A DNA stretch of 30,489 nucleotides from Eledone cirrhosa (Eukaryota): NCBI GenBank assembly GCA_964016885.1, contig CAXHJY010001070.1, positions 1 to 30,489 on the forward strand. Reading direction: 5' to 3'. The notes under the pieces were generated by a model that did no database searches, was not told the origin of the DNA, and worked only from the letters and a program-made list of their open reading frames with translations. Below are positions 27,600 through 30,489 of this stretch, in pieces; the stretch's first letter is position 1; each line of letters begins with the position of its first letter. The position numbers were made by a program, and so were the translations under genes.

Positions 27600-28970
27600 A
27601 ATTTGATGTTATTAAAGAATGCTGTTAAAAGTTAAGGGAAAATAATTTTTTGTGGGATGAGAGTGTTAGTGAGAAATACTACTCCTGTTTAAATTTCAAG
27701 GAAACTAGATACATAAAAGGAAATTATATTAATTGATAGGTATACTTACAGAGTTAAAATTATATTAATTCTTATGAATGGGATAAATAAAGAAGTAAAA
27801 GAAATTTTATAGAAAGACTGAAATAGATAAAATAGATAAAAGTAGTATATCTGTCTAAACATCCATAATATTAAAGATATTAATTATATTTACTAATCCT
27901 AGCAGATACGAGTATAGGTTATGCTCCCAAGAACGATTTGAAATCATGAAATCTAATGGTATCCTATTAAACAAGCGACAGGAGTTAATTATATCATGCA
28001 ATCATAGAATTAGAAAAATTTCAAATATTATAAACTTAATTAATATATACCTCACTCTTATATTTTACAAATTATTATAATTAATTAAAAAAATTTTTTT
28101 TTTAAAAATCTTTAGTTAACCTATAATTAGATATTTACTACAAAGAATTTCATTATTTTATTTCCCTCTTGCAGCTCACTTTAACTAAAGTTATCTTTAA
28201 CCTCACTACTTCTTTTAACCGCATCCCCTATCTATCACATTTAATACCTAGGATTAGTAAATATAATTACTATCTTTAATTATGGATGTTTAGATAGATA
28301 CACTACTTTTTATAAAATTTTATCTATTTCAGTCTTTCTATAAAAATTTGTTTGTTTATCACATTCATAAGAATTAATATAATTTTAACTCTGTAAGTAT
28401 ACCTTTCAATTAATTTAATTTCCTTTTATGTATCTATGTTCCTTGAAATTTCTCACTAACACACTCATCCCACAAAAAATTCTTTTTCTCTTAACTTTTA
28501 ACAGCATTCTTTAATAACATCAATTTTTTTTCAGGGGAGGGGGGATCCTTCACTATCTCATTGACTTGACCTCGTTTTAACCCCTATCTTTCTCTTCCAC
28601 ATTCCCCACTGTATTCTTTTCATTCAAAGCATAAATTTACACTCCTCCACTCATAGCATAAAATTCTACTACTGTTATTCTATCAATTTGACCTCTAACT
28701 CTTTTCTATTGGTCAATTCAAAACATATTCCCAAACAGACTTTTTGTATTAATACTTTTTTTCTTTCAATAAACATACTTCATCATTTCTGAAGATGGCA
28801 TATATAAGTGAAGCTATATATATCTCCTCTGATAAATTGTAATTTTTTTTACATAGATCTTTAATATGATATATATACCAACACACATATATATCCCAGA
28901 AACGATCGTAAAATGATGATTTTTTTCAATATAAGGAACCTGTTCTTTGCATTTATTTCATTGTTTTTAT
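27600..28970 (+). mobile_element. Truncated Naiad-like PLE (family E): GIY-YIG C-terminus + 3' UTR with an inverted segment
   Basis: ~27915-28020 translates RLCSQERFEIMKSNGILLNKRQELIISCNHR. ~27603-27868 is the reverse complement of ~28279-28523. Hammerhead near the 3' end, then (TA)n. Confidence 0.78.
28781..28918 (+). ncRNA. Hammerhead with 103 nt stem II in family E tail
   Basis: CAUCAUUU-CUGAAGA-UGG...CCA-GAAA-CGAUCG-U-A-AAAUGAUG. Stem I is a perfect 8 bp; stem III is palindromic. Confidence 0.82.
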
Positions 28971-29515
<545 letters not shown>

Positions 29516-29581
29516 TCTTATTATTCCACAATGCTTCAAGCAAACTTCAATACTTCTTATATATATATATATATTTATATT

Positions 29582-30489
29582 TATAGTAATAATAAATTTG
29601 AAGACTAAAATCCAAAGAGGGCTCGATAAGAATAAATATATATCAGATATATAAGAACCGTAGAGCAAATATTTATTAAAATAACAGATTAAAGTTTAAG
29701 CAAAGAATCGCTGCTTTCACCCTTAACGGGATCTTCTGAAACTAAAAAAGTCAATCTGTGAACGCAGAAGTGAATATTTCAAAAAACGTTGCAACCGAAG
29801 GAAGACAGGAAGACGATACTTTGGTTCGTGGAAACGTTCTCTGGCAAAGAACCGAAAAAACCGAAGATAATACGTCATTATGTGGATCGATGAGAACAAT
29901 TACACGCAAAGACAAAACCACGTAAATAGTATAACTGAAGTCGTAGACTAAAATTCTATCTAGGAAACCGAATGATTCTCGGCTTCAGAGTTAAGAATAA
30001 AGTAAATAAAATACAGAGGTAATCGAAATTAAATATATACATACACGCATCCATATACGTACATACACAAGCATACGTGAAAACACTCGCCATGGGTATA
30101 CAAATACAAGCACGTACATTAAAAAAAACCCACACGCACATACAGAACCCACGCAACGCCTGTACCTGCACACATACGAACGTATACACCAAATACCCAT
30201 AAAATATATAAAATAAATATATATATGTGTGTGTGTGTGTGCGCGCGTGTATGCATATAATTAAAAGAACGTATATAAATAAATAAATACGTATATAACG
30301 CGCGCGCACACATACCTACATGTAAAACACATATGTTCGCAGACGTACGTCAACCAAAACACAAAGTACACAAATACACACACCCTACATACGTACGAAC
30401 CCGCATACTCACATAGACGCAAAACTCACGTATACACATAACCAAATGCACATTGACCAGAATATATAATATATTATATACGCCATAAC
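29582..30489 (-). mobile_element. Family A PLE copy 3 (3' UTR only; runs off the window)
   Basis: Co-linear with 10521-11450, plus an extra ~90 bp tail ending in (TA)n. Confidence 0.88.

Overview
AT-rich animal genomic DNA with no recognisable host gene. The SINE family and the (TA)n/(CA)n load suggest an octopod cephalopod; this is an inference. The window is a nested set of retroelements, mostly sitting in (TA)n tracts. Penelope-like elements (PLEs): a near-complete Neptune-like PLE with two direct pseudo-LTRs (14315-19109); a Naiad-like PLE (RT plus GIY-YIG, minus strand, 10521-13445) tail-to-tail with a second copy, and a third copy at the right edge; and three further truncated Naiad-like PLE families carrying inverted terminal segments. 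Other elements: an RTE LINE fragment, an L1/Tx1 LINE fragment, eight tRNA-derived SINE copies and a Tc1/mariner-type MITE. The main signal not explained by the ORF track is about ten distinct type I hammerhead ribozyme motifs, read by eye. Most have a self-complementary stem III, and stem II ranges from 11 to 103 nt. Some lie in PLE 3' ends; others lie in tiny ORF-less units bounded by (TA)n, two of them just behind TATA or CCAAT/TATA-like boxes. Most ORFs in the supplied track are microsatellite artefacts. All folds and family assignments are manual and untested.
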